A DNA stretch of 64,000 bases from Escherichia coli (GCF_003334305.1 NZ_QOWS01000002.1), one strand, 5' to 3'; shown: positions 11,117 through 23,317, counted from the first letter of the stretch. Notes: generated from the letters alone by a model not told the origin. Numbers and translations are program-made.

Positions 11117-12025
11117 ATGATGTTAAGTAAGAAAAACAGCGAGACGCTGGAAAATTTCAGTGAAAAGCTGGAGGTCGAAGGGCGCAGCTTGTGGCAGGAC
11201 GCACGTCGACGTTTTATGCATAACCGTGCGGCGGTTGCCAGTCTGATAGTGCTGGTGCTGATCGCGTTATTTGTAATCCTGGCACCGATGCTTTCCCAGT
11301 TTGCCTATGACGATACTGACTGGGCGATGATGTCCAGCGCCCCGGATATGGAGTCCGGTCACTACTTTGGTACTGACTCATCCGGTCGCGACCTGCTTGT
11401 GCGCGTTGCGATTGGCGGGCGTATCTCACTCATGGTCGGTGTTGCTGCGGCACTGGTGGCTGTGGTCGTCGGGACACTTTATGGTTCGCTTTCCGGTTAT
11501 CTGGGCGGTAAAGTGGATTCGGTAATGATGCGTCTGCTGGAAATCCTCAACTCCTTCCCATTCATGTTCTTCGTCATTTTGCTGGTGACCTTTTTCGGTC
11601 AAAACATCCTGCTGATTTTCGTGGCGATTGGCATGGTTTCCTGGCTGGATATGGCTCGTATTGTGCGTGGGCAAACCCTGAGTCTGAAGCGCAAAGAGTT
11701 TATTGAGGCGGCACAAGTTGGCGGTGTATCGACATCGGGCATTGTTATTCGCCACATTGTGCCGAATGTACTCGGTGTGGTGGTGGTCTACGCATCACTT
11801 CTGGTGCCCAGCATGATCCTCTTTGAATCTTTCCTTAGCTTCCTGGGGTTGGGTACGCAAGAGCCGTTAAGCAGCTGGGGTGCATTGCTGAGTGATGGCG
11901 CGAACTCGATGGAAGTCTCTCCATGCTTATTGTTGTTCCCAGCGGGATTCCTCGTGGTGACGCTGTTTTGTTTCAACTTTATCGGCGATGGCTTGCGTGA
12001 TGCCCTCGACCCGAAAGATCGTTAA
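11117..12025 (+). CDS. oppC: Oligopeptide ABC transporter permease OppC
   Basis: 302 aa multi-TM permease; length and position match OppC. Confidence 0.94.
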   Translation: MMLSKKNSETLENFSEKLEVEGRSLWQDARRRFMHNRAAVASLIVLVLIALFVILAPMLSQFAYDDTDWAMMSSAPDMESGHYFGTDSSGRDLLVRVAIGGRISLMVGVAAALVAVVVGTLYGSLSGYLGGKVDSVMMRLLEILNSFPFMFFVILLVTFFGQNILLIFVAIGMVSWLDMARIVRGQTLSLKRKEFIEAAQVGGVSTSGIVIRHIVPNVLGVVVVYASLLVPSMILFESFLSFLGLGTQEPLSSWGALLSDGANSMEVSPCLLLFPAGFLVVTLFCFNFIGDGLRDALDPKDR

Positions 12026-12036
12026 GGAGTGCAGCC

Positions 12037-13050
12037 ATGAGCGTAATTGAAACTGCAACTGTGCCGCTCGCACAACAACAGGCTGACGCACTGCTGAACG
12101 TGAAAGATTTGCGTGTCACCTTTAGTACCCCGGACGGCGACGTCACGGCGGTCAATGATTTGAATTTTTCCCTACGTGCCGGAGAAACGCTGGGTATTGT
12201 AGGTGAGTCTGGTTCGGGTAAATCGCAAACTGCATTTGCGTTGATGGGCCTGTTGGCTGCCAACGGACGTATTGGCGGATCGGCAACCTTCAATGGGCGT
12301 GAAATCCTCAATTTGCCAGAGCATGAACTCAATAAACTGCGCGCTGAACAAATCTCAATGATTTTTCAGGACCCAATGACTTCGTTGAATCCCTATATGC
12401 GCGTCGGTGAGCAGTTAATGGAAGTGCTGATGCTGCATAAGAACATGAGCAAAGCTGAGGCGTTTGAAGAGTCGGTGCGGATGCTCGATGCGGTAAAAAT
12501 GCCGGAAGCGCGTAAACGCATGAAAATGTACCCGCACGAATTTTCTGGCGGCATGCGTCAGCGAGTCATGATTGCGATGGCATTGCTATGTCGACCTAAG
12601 CTACTGATTGCGGATGAACCCACTACTGCGCTGGACGTCACCGTACAGGCGCAGATCATGACGCTATTAAATGAACTGAAGCGGGAATTTAATACCGCCA
12701 TCATTATGATCACCCACGATCTTGGCGTGGTGGCGGGGATCTGCGACAAAGTGCTGGTAATGTACGCCGGGCGCACGATGGAATATGGCAATGCGCGCGA
12801 TGTCTTTTATCAACCCGTTCATCCTTATTCTATCGGTTTGCTCAACGCGGTGCCGCGTCTTGATGCGGAAGGTGAAACAATGTTGACCATCCCGGGTAAT
12901 CCGCCAAACTTGCTGCGATTACCGAAAGGTTGCCCGTTCCAGCCACGTTGTCCACATGCGATGGAAATTTGTAGTAGCGCACCGCCGCTGGAAGAGTTTA
13001 CGCCTGGCCGTCTGCGTGCTTGCTTTAAACCGGTGGAGGAACTGTTATGA
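12037..13050 (+). CDS. oppD: Oligopeptide ABC transporter ATP-binding protein OppD
   Basis: 337 aa; Walker [12 protein letters not shown] signature LSGGMRQR, C-terminal oligopeptide Cys motif. Confidence 0.95.
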   Translation: MSVIETATVPLAQQQADALLNVKDLRVTFSTPDGDVTAVNDLNFSLRAGETLGIVGESGSGKSQTAFALMGLLAANGRIGGSATFNGREILNLPEHELNKLRAEQISMIFQDPMTSLNPYMRVGEQLMEVLMLHKNMSKAEAFEESVRMLDAVKMPEARKRMKMYPHEFSGGMRQRVMIAMALLCRPKLLIADEPTTALDVTVQAQIMTLLNELKREFNTAIIMITHDLGVVAGICDKVLVMYAGRTMEYGNARDVFYQPVHPYSIGLLNAVPRLDAEGETMLTIPGNPPNLLRLPKGCPFQPRCPHAMEICSSAPPLEEFTPGRLRACFKPVEELL

Positions 13051-14051
13051 ATGCTGTAACTGAAGGAAGAAAAGTCCTCCTTGAAATCGCCGATCTTAAA
13101 GTGCACTTTGAAATCAAAGATGGCAAACAGTGGTTCTGGCAACCGCCGAAAACGCTCAAAGCCGTCGATGGTGTCACTCTTCGCCTGTATGAAGGGGAAA
13201 CATTAGGTGTGGTAGGGGAATCGGGATGCGGTAAGTCCACCTTTGCTCGCGCCATCATCGGTTTGGTCAAGGCGACCGACGGTCATGTTGCCTGGTTAGG
13301 TAAAGAGTTGCTGGGCATGAAGCCCGATGAATGGCGTGCCGTTCGCAGTGATATTCAGATGATTTTCCAGGATCCGTTGGCATCGCTAAACCCGCGTATG
13401 ACCATCGGCGAGATCATCGCTGAACCACTGCGTACTTATCATCCGAAAATGTCACGCCAGGAAGTTCGCGAGCGCGTGAAGGCGATGATGCTGAAAGTCG
13501 GGTTATTGCCTAACCTGATTAACCGCTATCCGCATGAGTTCTCCGGTGGGCAGTGCCAGCGTATCGGGATTGCTCGTGCTCTTATTCTTGAACCGAAGCT
13601 GATTATCTGCGATGAGCCGGTTTCGGCGCTGGACGTGTCAATTCAGGCGCAGGTGGTCAACCTGCTCCAGCAGCTGCAACGTGAGATGGGATTGTCATTA
13701 ATTTTTATCGCTCATGACCTGGCCGTGGTAAAACACATTTCCGATCGTGTGTTGGTGATGTATCTCGGCCATGCGGTAGAACTGGGGACCTATGATGAGG
13801 TCTACCACAATCCACTACATCCTTACACCAGGGCATTGATGTCGGCAGTCCCCATACCTGATCCGGATCTGGAGAAGAACAAAACCATCCAGTTACTGGA
13901 AGGGGAATTACCGTCGCCGATCAACCCGCCTTCCGGTTGTGTTTTCCGTACCCGTTGCCCGATTGCCGGTCCGGAGTGCGCCAAAACACGTCCTGTTCTG
14001 GAGGGGAGTTTCAGACACGCCGTTTCTTGCCTGAAAGTCGATCCGCTTTAA
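13047..14051 (+). CDS. oppF: Oligopeptide ABC transporter ATP-binding protein OppF
   Basis: 334 aa; Walker A GESGCGKS, signature FSGGQCQR; start overlaps the oppD stop (ATGA). Confidence 0.95.
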   Translation: MNAVTEGRKVLLEIADLKVHFEIKDGKQWFWQPPKTLKAVDGVTLRLYEGETLGVVGESGCGKSTFARAIIGLVKATDGHVAWLGKELLGMKPDEWRAVRSDIQMIFQDPLASLNPRMTIGEIIAEPLRTYHPKMSRQEVRERVKAMMLKVGLLPNLINRYPHEFSGGQCQRIGIARALILEPKLIICDEPVSALDVSIQAQVVNLLQQLQREMGLSLIFIAHDLAVVKHISDRVLVMYLGHAVELGTYDEVYHNPLHPYTRALMSAVPIPDPDLEKNKTIQLLEGELPSPINPPSGCVFRTRCPIAGPECAKTRPVLEGSFRHAVSCLKVDPL

Positions 14052-14060
14052 ACACAATAA

Positions 14061-14086
14061 GGGCTGACAGTTGTCAGCCCTTTTTC
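14061..14086 (+). terminator. Rho-independent terminator of the opp operon
   Basis: gggctgac-agtt-gtcagccc hairpin followed by ttttt, just 3' of the oppF stop. Confidence 0.85.
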
Positions 14087-14103
14087 ACGCCGAAAGCGAT
14101 TAT

Positions 14104-15928
<1,825 letters not shown>

Positions 15929-16070
15929 AGATTAGAAATCCTTTTGAAAGCGCATTGTTATGAGTTTACGCATATGGATTCATCTGGCAAATAAAAACGC
16001 GGGAAAAGCACTGGTCAGCGTCGGGGGCGGGGGTATAATGACCATTCTGTTATTGCATAGAGTAGTTAAC

Positions 16071-16244
16071 ATGAAGCGGAGTAGAACGGAAGTGGGGCGC
16101 TGGCGCATGCAGCGTCAGGCTAGCCGACGTAAATCGCGTTGGCTTGAGGGGCAATCGCGCCGAAATATGCGTATCCACAGCATCAGGAAGTGCATTCTAA
16201 ACAAACAGCGTAACTCGTTATTGTTTGCGATCTACAATATCTAA
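16071..16244 (+). CDS. yciY: Small highly basic protein YciY (57 aa)
   Basis: ORF trimmed to MKRSRTEVGRWRMQRQ...; matches my recollection of a small annotated K-12 ORF here; TATAAT-like hexamer about 30 bp upstream. Confidence 0.5.
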   Translation: MKRSRTEVGRWRMQRQASRRKSRWLEGQSRRNMRIHSIRKCILNKQRNSLLFAIYNI

Positions 16245-16251
16245 ATGTACT

Positions 16252-16270
16252 GGGCACCATTGCGGTGCCC
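16252..16270. terminator. Hairpin between convergent yciY and kch (candidate bidirectional terminator)
   Basis: gggcacc-attgc-ggtgccc inverted repeat between the two stops. Confidence 0.45.
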
Positions 16271-16298
16271 AATAAGTTTACTCTTTCGTCTTTAAACT

Positions 16299-17552
16299 CT
16301 ATTTTTGCACCGATTCTTTACTGTCAGCTTTCGTTTCTTGTTCATCGTTATCGCTGAAAATACCATGACCTGAGTTCAACAACATTGAAACGAGCATATC
16401 ATTATTAATCTCTTCACCGTTTAAAACTCGCGCCAGAATTTCGCTGCCAAACAGTTGCGGTGAGAGAATGATATCCGGATGTACCATCTTAATCTTATTC
16501 AGGTTTTTGCTATCACTGACGGCGAGAACTGTTTTGACATCACTGCTCATATCTTTTGCCGAGAGTACAACAAACGCGTTATCTGCATCGTTATCACTCA
16601 GCGCCAGAATGGCCCGGCATCGATCGATTCCCGCTTTCTTTAATACTGAACTGTCATTACTGTCACCGGGGATAACATCAGCGTTATCGCCTAAGCGTTG
16701 CTCAAGTTGCTTGATATCATCTTCAGGCAAGTTGCTGATAACCGTTACGTTTTGTCCGCGTTGATTCAGTTGCAGGATCGTATTGATGGCGAGAATCGAA
16801 TGTCCGCAAACAATAAAATGATCTTTACGATGCATTGTATGATTGTTTCCTTTTACAAGTTTGTTGAATCCCCCGCGGATAAGCGGACCAAAAATTGAGG
16901 TCATAGATGTGGCAAAAACGGTAATGCCGGAAATAATGACCGAAATAGTGAACAATCGTGCTGATTCAGAAACAGGGACAATATCTCCATAGCCGACGGT
17001 TGACATGGTTTCTATCGAAAAATAGAACGCGGTCATCAAACTTTCTATTCGCGGATTAAAACCTTCGCTTAAATAAAGCGCACCGTAGGTTGAGTAAAAC
17101 AGTAATGTCGTGAAACTAATAAATGCAAAAATTGTCCCGGCTGCGGCGCTACTGTGGGAGAAGTCTTTGCGCAGTATCAGCAAAAACACCAGCGTAAAAA
17201 TGCAAAATCCAATACTAAATTTCAGCCAGGGATAAAAATGCAGGGTGTAAATTAGCGCTATCAACAACAAAATGATACTGATTGCCCATGCGAGCTTTGC
17301 CCGGAACAGTAAGCCAATGGAGTTCAGGACAAGAAAGACGCCGAGCATAAATAGTGGGGCGTTTGCCAGCAAGGAGAGATCCAACTCTGAAAATGCTTTG
17401 ATATGGAAAATATCAAGCAAATTGACCGACATACCATAGATTGTTTTAAAAATAAGCAATCCATTTAAAAAGACGGCCAGCGCGAGAATGTCGTGCCGTA
17501 GGGTCACCCATAAATTTGTTGCTGTTTGTTTGAATGTAGCCCAGTGACTCAC
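16299..17552 (-). CDS. kch: Voltage-gated potassium channel Kch
   Basis: ORF trimmed to GTG start giving MSHWATFKQTATNL... (417 aa); selectivity filter TVGYGD and C-terminal RCK/TrkA domain. Confidence 0.9.
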   Translation of the reverse strand: MSHWATFKQTATNLWVTLRHDILALAVFLNGLLIFKTIYGMSVNLLDIFHIKAFSELDLSLLANAPLFMLGVFLVLNSIGLLFRAKLAWAISIILLLIALIYTLHFYPWLKFSIGFCIFTLVFLLILRKDFSHSSAAAGTIFAFISFTTLLFYSTYGALYLSEGFNPRIESLMTAFYFSIETMSTVGYGDIVPVSESARLFTISVIISGITVFATSMTSIFGPLIRGGFNKLVKGNNHTMHRKDHFIVCGHSILAINTILQLNQRGQNVTVISNLPEDDIKQLEQRLGDNADVIPGDSNDSSVLKKAGIDRCRAILALSDNDADNAFVVLSAKDMSSDVKTVLAVSDSKNLNKIKMVHPDIILSPQLFGSEILARVLNGEEINNDMLVSMLLNSGHGIFSDNDEQETKADSKESVQK

Positions 17553-17850
17553 TGATACCTCTGTAACCACAATTTTGTTTAATTATCTTAGCGTGCACAT
17601 TTTCTGAACATACATGCAGCGCGTGAATGTGTTAAACAATAGTAGATGACTTTATCGGCAGTAATCAAAGGTTTTGAGCGAGCAACTCTGCGTCAGGAAA
17701 GGGCATTTTCCTGAATATGTTCACATCATATAAAGAAATACAGATAAAGTTATTATCTGCTTGTGGTGGTGAATGCACTGACCGGCTATAAGGAAAGGCC
17801 AAACAAGAACACGGTTGCAAAAACCGTGCCCTTAAATATTGAATCTCTAT

Positions 17851-18147
17851 TCAGAACACTTTCTTAAATGGTTTCACTGAAACGTGTTCATAGACTCCTG
17901 CCGCTACGTACGGGTCAGCATCGGCCCAGGCCTGAGCTGCTTCCAGCGATTCAAATTCAGCAATAACGGTTGAGCCAGTAAATCCCGCAGCCCCTGGATC
18001 GTTACTGTCTACCGCTGGCATTGGACCAGCTGTCAACAAACGACCTTCATCATGCAGTAACTGTAAACGTGCTAAATGTGCCGGACGAACGGAAAGGCGT
18101 TTTTCGAGGCTATCAGCTTTGTCTTGAGCGTAAATAACATACAACAC
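17851..18147 (-). CDS. yciI: YciI-like protein (Dabb-type fold)
   Basis: ORF trimmed to GTG start giving (M)[17 protein letters not shown]..., 98 aa; start codon checked in sequence. Confidence 0.8.
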
Positions 18148-18370
18148 GGGCACAACTCCTTGTTCGGGAAAGTTGTAAAGTACGTTATTTGAAAGGGCGA
18201 AGATCTGCAACGGAAAGATGATGTCTTTGTTAAGACCATGCATAAATTAAGGTCAATTACGCCAAAAATGACATTTTCACTGATCCTGATCGTCTTGCCT
18301 TATTGAATATGATTGCTATTTGCATTTAAAATCGAGACCTGGTTTTTCTACTGAAATGATTATGACTTCA

Positions 18371-19090
18371 ATGACCCTTGATTTACCTCGCCGCTTCCCC
18401 TGGCCGACGTTACTTTCGGTCTGCATTCATGGTGCTGTTGTGGCGGGTCTGCTCTATACCTCGGTACATCAGGTTATTGAACTACCTGCGCCTGCGCAGC
18501 CAATTTCTGTCACGATGGTTGCGCCTGCTGATCTCGAACCGCCACAAGCCGTTCAGCCGCCACCGGAGCCGGTGGTAGAGCCAGAACCGGAACCTGAGCC
18601 GATCCCCGAACCACCAAAAGAAGCACCGGCGGTCATTGAAAAGCCGAAGCCGAAACCTAAGCCAAAACCGAAGCCGGTGAAAAAGGTACAGGAGCAGCCA
18701 AAACGCGATGTCAAACCCGTAGAGTCGCGTCCGGCATCACCGTTTGAAAATACGGCACCCGCACGCCTGACATCAAGTACGGCAACGGCTGCAACCAGCA
18801 AGCCGGTTACCAGTGTGGCTTCAGGACCACGCGCATTAAGCCGTAATCAGCCGCAGTATCCGGCACGAGCACAGGCATTGCGCATTGAAGGGCAGGTTAA
18901 AGTTAAATTTGACGTCACGCCGGATGGTCGCGTGGATAACGTACAAATCCTCTCAGCCAAGCCTGCGAACATGTTTGAGCGTGAGGTGAAAAATGCGATG
19001 CGCAGATGGCGTTATGAGCCGGGTAAGCCAGGCAGTGGGATTGTGGTGAATATCCTGTTTAAAATTAACGGCACCACCGAAATTCAGTAA
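18371..19090 (+). CDS. tonB: TonB energy transducer
   Basis: ORF trimmed to [33 protein letters not shown] (239 aa); Pro-rich (EP)n/(KP)n spacer and C-terminal TonB domain. Confidence 0.95.
   Translation: MTLDLPRRFPWPTLLSVCIHGAVVAGLLYTSVHQVIELPAPAQPISVTMVAPADLEPPQAVQPPPEPVVEPEPEPEPIPEPPKEAPAVIEKPKPKPKPKPKPVKKVQEQPKRDVKPVESRPASPFENTAPARLTSSTATAATSKPVTSVASGPRALSRNQPQYPARAQALRIEGQVKVKFDVTPDGRVDNVQILSAKPANMFEREVKNAMRRWRYEPGKPGSGIVVNILFKINGTTEIQ
18560..18690 (+). repeat. Short tandem codon repeats encoding the TonB proline-rich spacer
   Basis: Repeated gaa/gag-ccn then aag-ccn codon units encoding [12 protein letters not shown]...[12 protein letters not shown]. Confidence 0.8.
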
Positions 19091-19097
19091 GCAGAAA

Positions 19098-19127
19098 GTC
19101 AAAAGCCTCCGACCGGAGGCTTTTGAC
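19098..19127. terminator. Bidirectional rho-independent terminator between tonB and yciA
   Basis: Perfect 13 bp stem gtcaaaagcctcc / ggaggcttttgac with gacc loop; A-run and T-run give U-tracts on either strand. Confidence 0.85.
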
Positions 19128-19129
19128 TA

Positions 19130-19528
19130 TTACTCAACAGGTAAGGCGCGAGGTTTTCCTTCAGGATCAACCGCGACATACTTAAATAATGCTTCTGTCG
19201 CTTTATAGCGTTGCCCGATTGGTTCAGACGCTACTTTTTTCACCCACACTTCAATATTAATGCTGACCGATGTCGTCCCTTTCTGGACACAGCGTGCATA
19301 GCAGCACACCACATCGCCGACCGCAACCGGCCGTAAGAAAGTCATTCCTTCAACCCGCACGGTCACTACGCGACCGTGGGCAATTTCTTTCGCCAGAATA
19401 GCGCCGCCAATATCCATTTGTGACATTAACCAACCACCAAAGATGTCACCGTTGGCATTGGTATCGGCGGGCATGGCTAAAGTACGTAAAACAAGATCGC
19501 CCTGAGGGACGTTATGTGTTGTAGACAT
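19130..19528 (-). CDS. yciA: Acyl-CoA thioesterase (hotdog fold)
   Basis: 132 aa ORF, length and position match YciA. Confidence 0.9.
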   Translation of the reverse strand: MSTTHNVPQGDLVLRTLAMPADTNANGDIFGGWLMSQMDIGGAILAKEIAHGRVVTVRVEGMTFLRPVAVGDVVCCYARCVQKGTTSVSINIEVWVKKVASEPIGQRYKATEALFKYVAVDPEGKPRALPVE

Positions 19529-19632
19529 GGTAAAACCGACTTAAAAGGAAAATCACAGGCGCGATGCTACTATGATTTTCCTGAGGAGAACAGAGGAGAT
19601 ACAGCGCCAGCCCCGAAGGACTGGCAGTCTGG

Positions 19633-20172
19633 TTAGGATTTATCTTCCTGCGGCATGTGGCGGTAGATATAGATACCGCTTAACAATGTGAAGATTAAGG
19701 TAAGGGCGGTCAGTCCAAAGACTTTAAAGTTGACCCAAATATTTTGCGGCAGCCAGAATGCGATGTAGATGTTTGCCAGACCGCAAAGGATAAAGAAAAC
19801 AGCCCAGGCCAGATTCAGCTTCGACCATACCGGTTGCGGCAGCGTGAGTTCTTTACCCAGCATCCGCTGAATTAGCGGCTTTTTCATCACCCATTGGCTG
19901 ACTAACAGGGCTCCCGCAAACAGAGCATAAATGACTGTAACCTTCCATTTAATAAACTCATCATTGTGGAAGAACAGCGTCAAGCCACCGAAGACGACCA
20001 CCAGAACAAAAGTGATCAGGGCCATCTTCTCAACCTTACGAAAGCGAACCCAGCTATAGATAAGCACAATCGCCGTGGCGACGATCAGCGCCGCAGTAGC
20101 CGCATAGATGTCATAAATCTTGTAAAACGCGAAAAAGACAACCAGCGGTAAAAAATCAAGAAACTGCTTCAT
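19633..20172 (-). CDS. yciB: Inner membrane (septation-associated) protein YciB
   Basis: 179 aa multi-TM ORF, length matches YciB. Confidence 0.9.
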   Translation of the reverse strand: MKQFLDFLPLVVFFAFYKIYDIYAATAALIVATAIVLIYSWVRFRKVEKMALITFVLVVVFGGLTLFFHNDEFIKWKVTVIYALFAGALLVSQWVMKKPLIQRMLGKELTLPQPVWSKLNLAWAVFFILCGLANIYIAFWLPQNIWVNFKVFGLTALTLIFTLLSGIYIYRHMPQEDKS

Positions 20173-20201
20173 TTTACGATTCCGTAATCAAATGCTTAAG
20201 G

Positions 20202-20945
20202 TTATTGGCGAATCAACATATACAGGCGGAACAGATAGATGAGCAATATGGCAGAAATCAGGTTGCTCAAGGTGTTCGCCAGTACGGCACCAATTTCCGG
20301 GGTTAATGCGGCAAAAGAAGAGGCAAAAAGCAGCAACAGTGTTTTTGCCAGCAACCAGCTCAGTACTGCGGGTGCCACCAGACGCATATTCGCCCAAGTC
20401 AGCCGCATACTGCTACGCATCGAGGCAAAAATGCCCATTTTGTCCTGTACCAGCATCACCGGTGCCAGGGCCAGTAAAATGGCCATGATAATTCCCGGAA
20501 CGACCACCAGCATGATGCCAATCTGTACTAAAAGGGTAGTCAGAAAAATCAGAATAAATAACTTGGGCAATATCGGCGCACTGGCACCAATAGCTCGCAG
20601 CGCACTGACTCTCTGACCCGCAGACACCAGCTGGATAATTAATATTACGCCTCCGGCGAGAATGGCGTTACCGATTAATCCTGAAAAAGTGGACGCCGCT
20701 GAAGCCTGCAGCAAAATTTGTTGCTGTTCCGGTGACATATTCTGAACCAGGTCGAACAACCCACTACTGCCGCTAACGGGCACGCCGTCATTGAGCTGCG
20801 CAAGCTGTGCATCACTGGGTGAGAAAACATGCCCTAACACCACTGTGATAAACGCACATAGCAACGATACCAACAGAATGGTCATAAATTGATTACGGAA
20901 GAAATTTCCGGTGTCACGGTATACGGACTGCGCCGTGATAGACAT
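20202..20945 (-). CDS. yciC: UPF0259 inner membrane protein YciC
   Basis: 247 aa multi-TM ORF, length matches YciC. Confidence 0.9.
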   Translation of the reverse strand: MSITAQSVYRDTGNFFRNQFMTILLVSLLCAFITVVLGHVFSPSDAQLAQLNDGVPVSGSSGLFDLVQNMSPEQQQILLQASAASTFSGLIGNAILAGGVILIIQLVSAGQRVSALRAIGASAPILPKLFILIFLTTLLVQIGIMLVVVPGIIMAILLALAPVMLVQDKMGIFASMRSSMRLTWANMRLVAPAVLSWLLAKTLLLLFASSFAALTPEIGAVLANTLSNLISAILLIYLFRLYMLIRQ

Positions 20946-21301
20946 GCACTCTCCTTGAGTTTTATGCAGGTGTTAATTAGCGGGCAATTGTACCCTGGTT
21001 AAGCCTCGGGTGGCAGCATCAGGTCTTGTATGGAAAAGCATATCTTTGTAAAGCGGAGGTAATTGCTGGCCTTCAGGCGTGGGCAAACCGCGGCAAGTGG
21101 CGAACGAGTTAATATTTGCGTAGCGAAAATATTTAAAAATTGATTTAAATCACGTTAACCAGGATTCTCAATGCAACTTCTAAATTAATCCAGATCAATA
21201 AATGGTGAATTATCATATGTAATGTGATCTATGTAGGATCATTTGTTACTCCAATGTAGGTATATTCGTCACGTTTTTATAACCATAACGACGGAGCGGA
21301 T

Positions 21302-21940
21302 ATGAAAAAGTTAACAGTGGCGGCTTTGGCAGTAACAACTCTTCTCTCTGGCAGTGCCTTTGCGCATGAAGCAGGCGAATTTTTTATGCGTGCAGGTTCT
21401 GCAACCGTACGTCCAACAGAAGGTGCTGGTGGTACGTTAGGAAGTCTGGGTGGATTCAGCGTGACCAATAACACTCAACTGGGCCTGACGTTTACTTATA
21501 TGGCGACCGACAACATTGGTGTGGAATTACTGGCAGCGACGCCGTTCCGCCATAAAATCGGCACCCGGGCGACCGGCGATATTGCAACCGTTCACCATCT
21601 GCCGCCAACACTGATGGCGCAGTGGTATTTTGGTGATGCCAGCAGCAAATTCCGTCCTTACGTTGGGGCCGGTATTAACTACACCACCTTCTTTGATAAT
21701 GGATTTAACGATCATGGCAAAGAGGCGGGGCTTTCCGATCTCAGTCTGAAAGATTCCTGGGGAGCTGCCGGGCAGGTGGGGGTTGATTATCTGATTAACC
21801 GTGACTGGTTGGTTAACATGTCAGTGTGGTACATGGATATCGATACCACCGCCAATTATAAGCTAGGCGGTGCACAGCAACACGATAGCGTACGCCTCGA
21901 TCCGTGGGTGTTTATGTTCTCAGCAGGATATCGTTTTTAA
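21302..21940 (+). CDS. ompW: Outer membrane protein W
   Basis: 212 aa ORF with signal peptide MKKLTVAALAVTTLLSGSAFA and beta-barrel ending in aromatic residue (YRF). Confidence 0.95.
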   Translation: MKKLTVAALAVTTLLSGSAFAHEAGEFFMRAGSATVRPTEGAGGTLGSLGGFSVTNNTQLGLTFTYMATDNIGVELLAATPFRHKIGTRATGDIATVHHLPPTLMAQWYFGDASSKFRPYVGAGINYTTFFDNGFNDHGKEAGLSDLSLKDSWGAAGQVGVDYLINRDWLVNMSVWYMDIDTTANYKLGGAQQHDSVRLDPWVFMFSAGYRF

Positions 21941-21999
21941 TTCCGCACAAAAACGACCCCGTAATATACGGGGTCAATAAGGACATGGTATAAAGGGTA

Positions 22000-22506
22000 T
22001 TATTTCTTCGCTTCTACGCCATCAGTTTCAGAACGAATTAAAAATTTCTCAGTTGTTTGCGGAATATGCTGAATCAGCCAGTCGGCCATTTGCTTTTCCT
22101 CATTTAAAATCGCTTCGATGATCGGAATTGAGACTGTATCACCGGCATTTTTTGCTGCTGCTAATAGTGAGGTGTAACAGGCGATTTCAAATTGCTCGAA
22201 GACATATCCGCTAATAGAGCCTTTAACTATTTCATCAGAAGGGAATATACCACCGATTGACTGCCCAAGCGCAGCCATTTTACTCATGGAATCTTTAATG
22301 ACTGAACGTGAAATGTCATTACGATCAAGAATAGTTTCCAGTTGAACAATCTGGTTTTTGGTTTCACTAAGATGTTGTTCAATACGAGCGCGTAGTTCAG
22401 GATAATTATCTATACGACTGGCCATGGATTCAAGCATAGATTCGGCTTGCTTTTCCATTGCGTGGGCGTCACGTAACCAGTCATGATAATGTTCAATACG
22501 ATTCAT
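22000..22506 (-). CDS. yciE: Ferritin-like DUF892 stress protein YciE
   Basis: 168 aa ORF; paralogous to the adjacent yciF; length matches YciE. Confidence 0.9.
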   Translation of the reverse strand: MNRIEHYHDWLRDAHAMEKQAESMLESMASRIDNYPELRARIEQHLSETKNQIVQLETILDRNDISRSVIKDSMSKMAALGQSIGGIFPSDEIVKGSISGYVFEQFEIACYTSLLAAAKNAGDTVSIPIIEAILNEEKQMADWLIQHIPQTTEKFLIRSETDGVEAKK

Positions 22507-22551
22507 GAAAATGTCCTCTTTATAAAATGACTAAAAGTTAAAATTCATATT

Positions 22552-23052
22552 TCAGGCTTTATTTTCGGCTTTCTTATTTACGTTATTAAGGGCCAGATCA
22601 GTCAGTTTGATGTCGGTGGCCTTTTCTTCTTCCAGGGTTTCTTTCAGAAGCTTCGCTGCTTTACGGTAACCTAATTGTTCAGCCAGCGTCGCTAATGTCC
22701 CGTAACTGGCAATCTCATAATGCTCGACTTTCTGTGCTGCGGCAATCAGTGCGGCATCACGCACTTCGTTTTTCTCGGTACTTTCGATGACCTCATTAGC
22801 TTCTTCAATAAGACCTTCCATTGCCACACATTTCATGCGCTTAATTTTCAGGTTCGATTCGGACTCCACAACTTGATCAATACGTTCAATCTGTCCATGA
22901 GTTTCCTCGAGGTGCGCATGAAAAGCCTGACTTAATTTTTCATTTGATGTTGCTCTTGCGAGTTTTGCCAGTGCCCGGGTTAATTGTTTTTCTGCGCTGT
23001 AGGTATCTGAAAGCAGGTGAATAAATACATCTTCAATGGTCTTGATATTCAT
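22552..23052 (-). CDS. yciF: Ferritin-like DUF892 stress protein YciF
   Basis: ORF trimmed to MNIKTIEDVFIHLLSDTYSAEKQL... (166 aa); start codon checked in sequence. Confidence 0.88.
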   Translation of the reverse strand: MNIKTIEDVFIHLLSDTYSAEKQLTRALAKLARATSNEKLSQAFHAHLEETHGQIERIDQVVESESNLKIKRMKCVAMEGLIEEANEVIESTEKNEVRDAALIAAAQKVEHYEIASYGTLATLAEQLGYRKAAKLLKETLEEEKATDIKLTDLALNNVNKKAENKA

Positions 23053-23137
23053 ATTTTTCTCCAGTGAAATCACTGCGAGCCATACGGCCCGCAGATGCAA
23101 TTATCTTTATCAGCTGATATTAATAATTAACGGTGAA

Positions 23138-23317
23138 TCAGGATTTACCTGATTTATTACCACCGCTTTGTTGACCGCCTTTTTTACCCGCTTCAGATGC
23201 GCGTTGCGGATCATTTTTAAAATTACCGCCGCTATGCTGACCGCCTTTACGGCCTGCGTCGGATGCCTTCTCACGGTCTTCGGCGAAATTTCCTGAACCA
23301 CCACGATGTTCGGCCAT
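23138..23317 (-). CDS. yciG: KGG-repeat stress-induced protein YciG
   Basis: ORF trimmed to MAEHRGGSGNFAEDREKASDAGRKGGQHSGGNFKNDPQRASEAGKKGGQQSGGNKSGKS (59 aa); the longer 78 aa reading is also possible. Confidence 0.8.
   Translation of the reverse strand: MAEHRGGSGNFAEDREKASDAGRKGGQHSGGNFKNDPQRASEAGKKGGQQSGGNKSGKS

Noticed and set aside
15960-16070. Upstream extension of the yciY reading frame (94 aa version)
   Set aside because: The extension begins at a non-ATG codon and overlaps the probable promoter; the shorter 57 aa form matches what I recall being annotated
18560-18690. Short regularly spaced repeats that could suggest a CRISPR array
   Set aside because: Repeat unit is only 6 nt, in-frame and coding (EP/KP dipeptides of TonB); no spacer structure and no cas genes nearby
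18553-18801. 82 aa Gly/Ser-rich minus-strand ORF
   Set aside because: Antisense image of the TonB Pro-rich repeat region; artefact of the codon repeats
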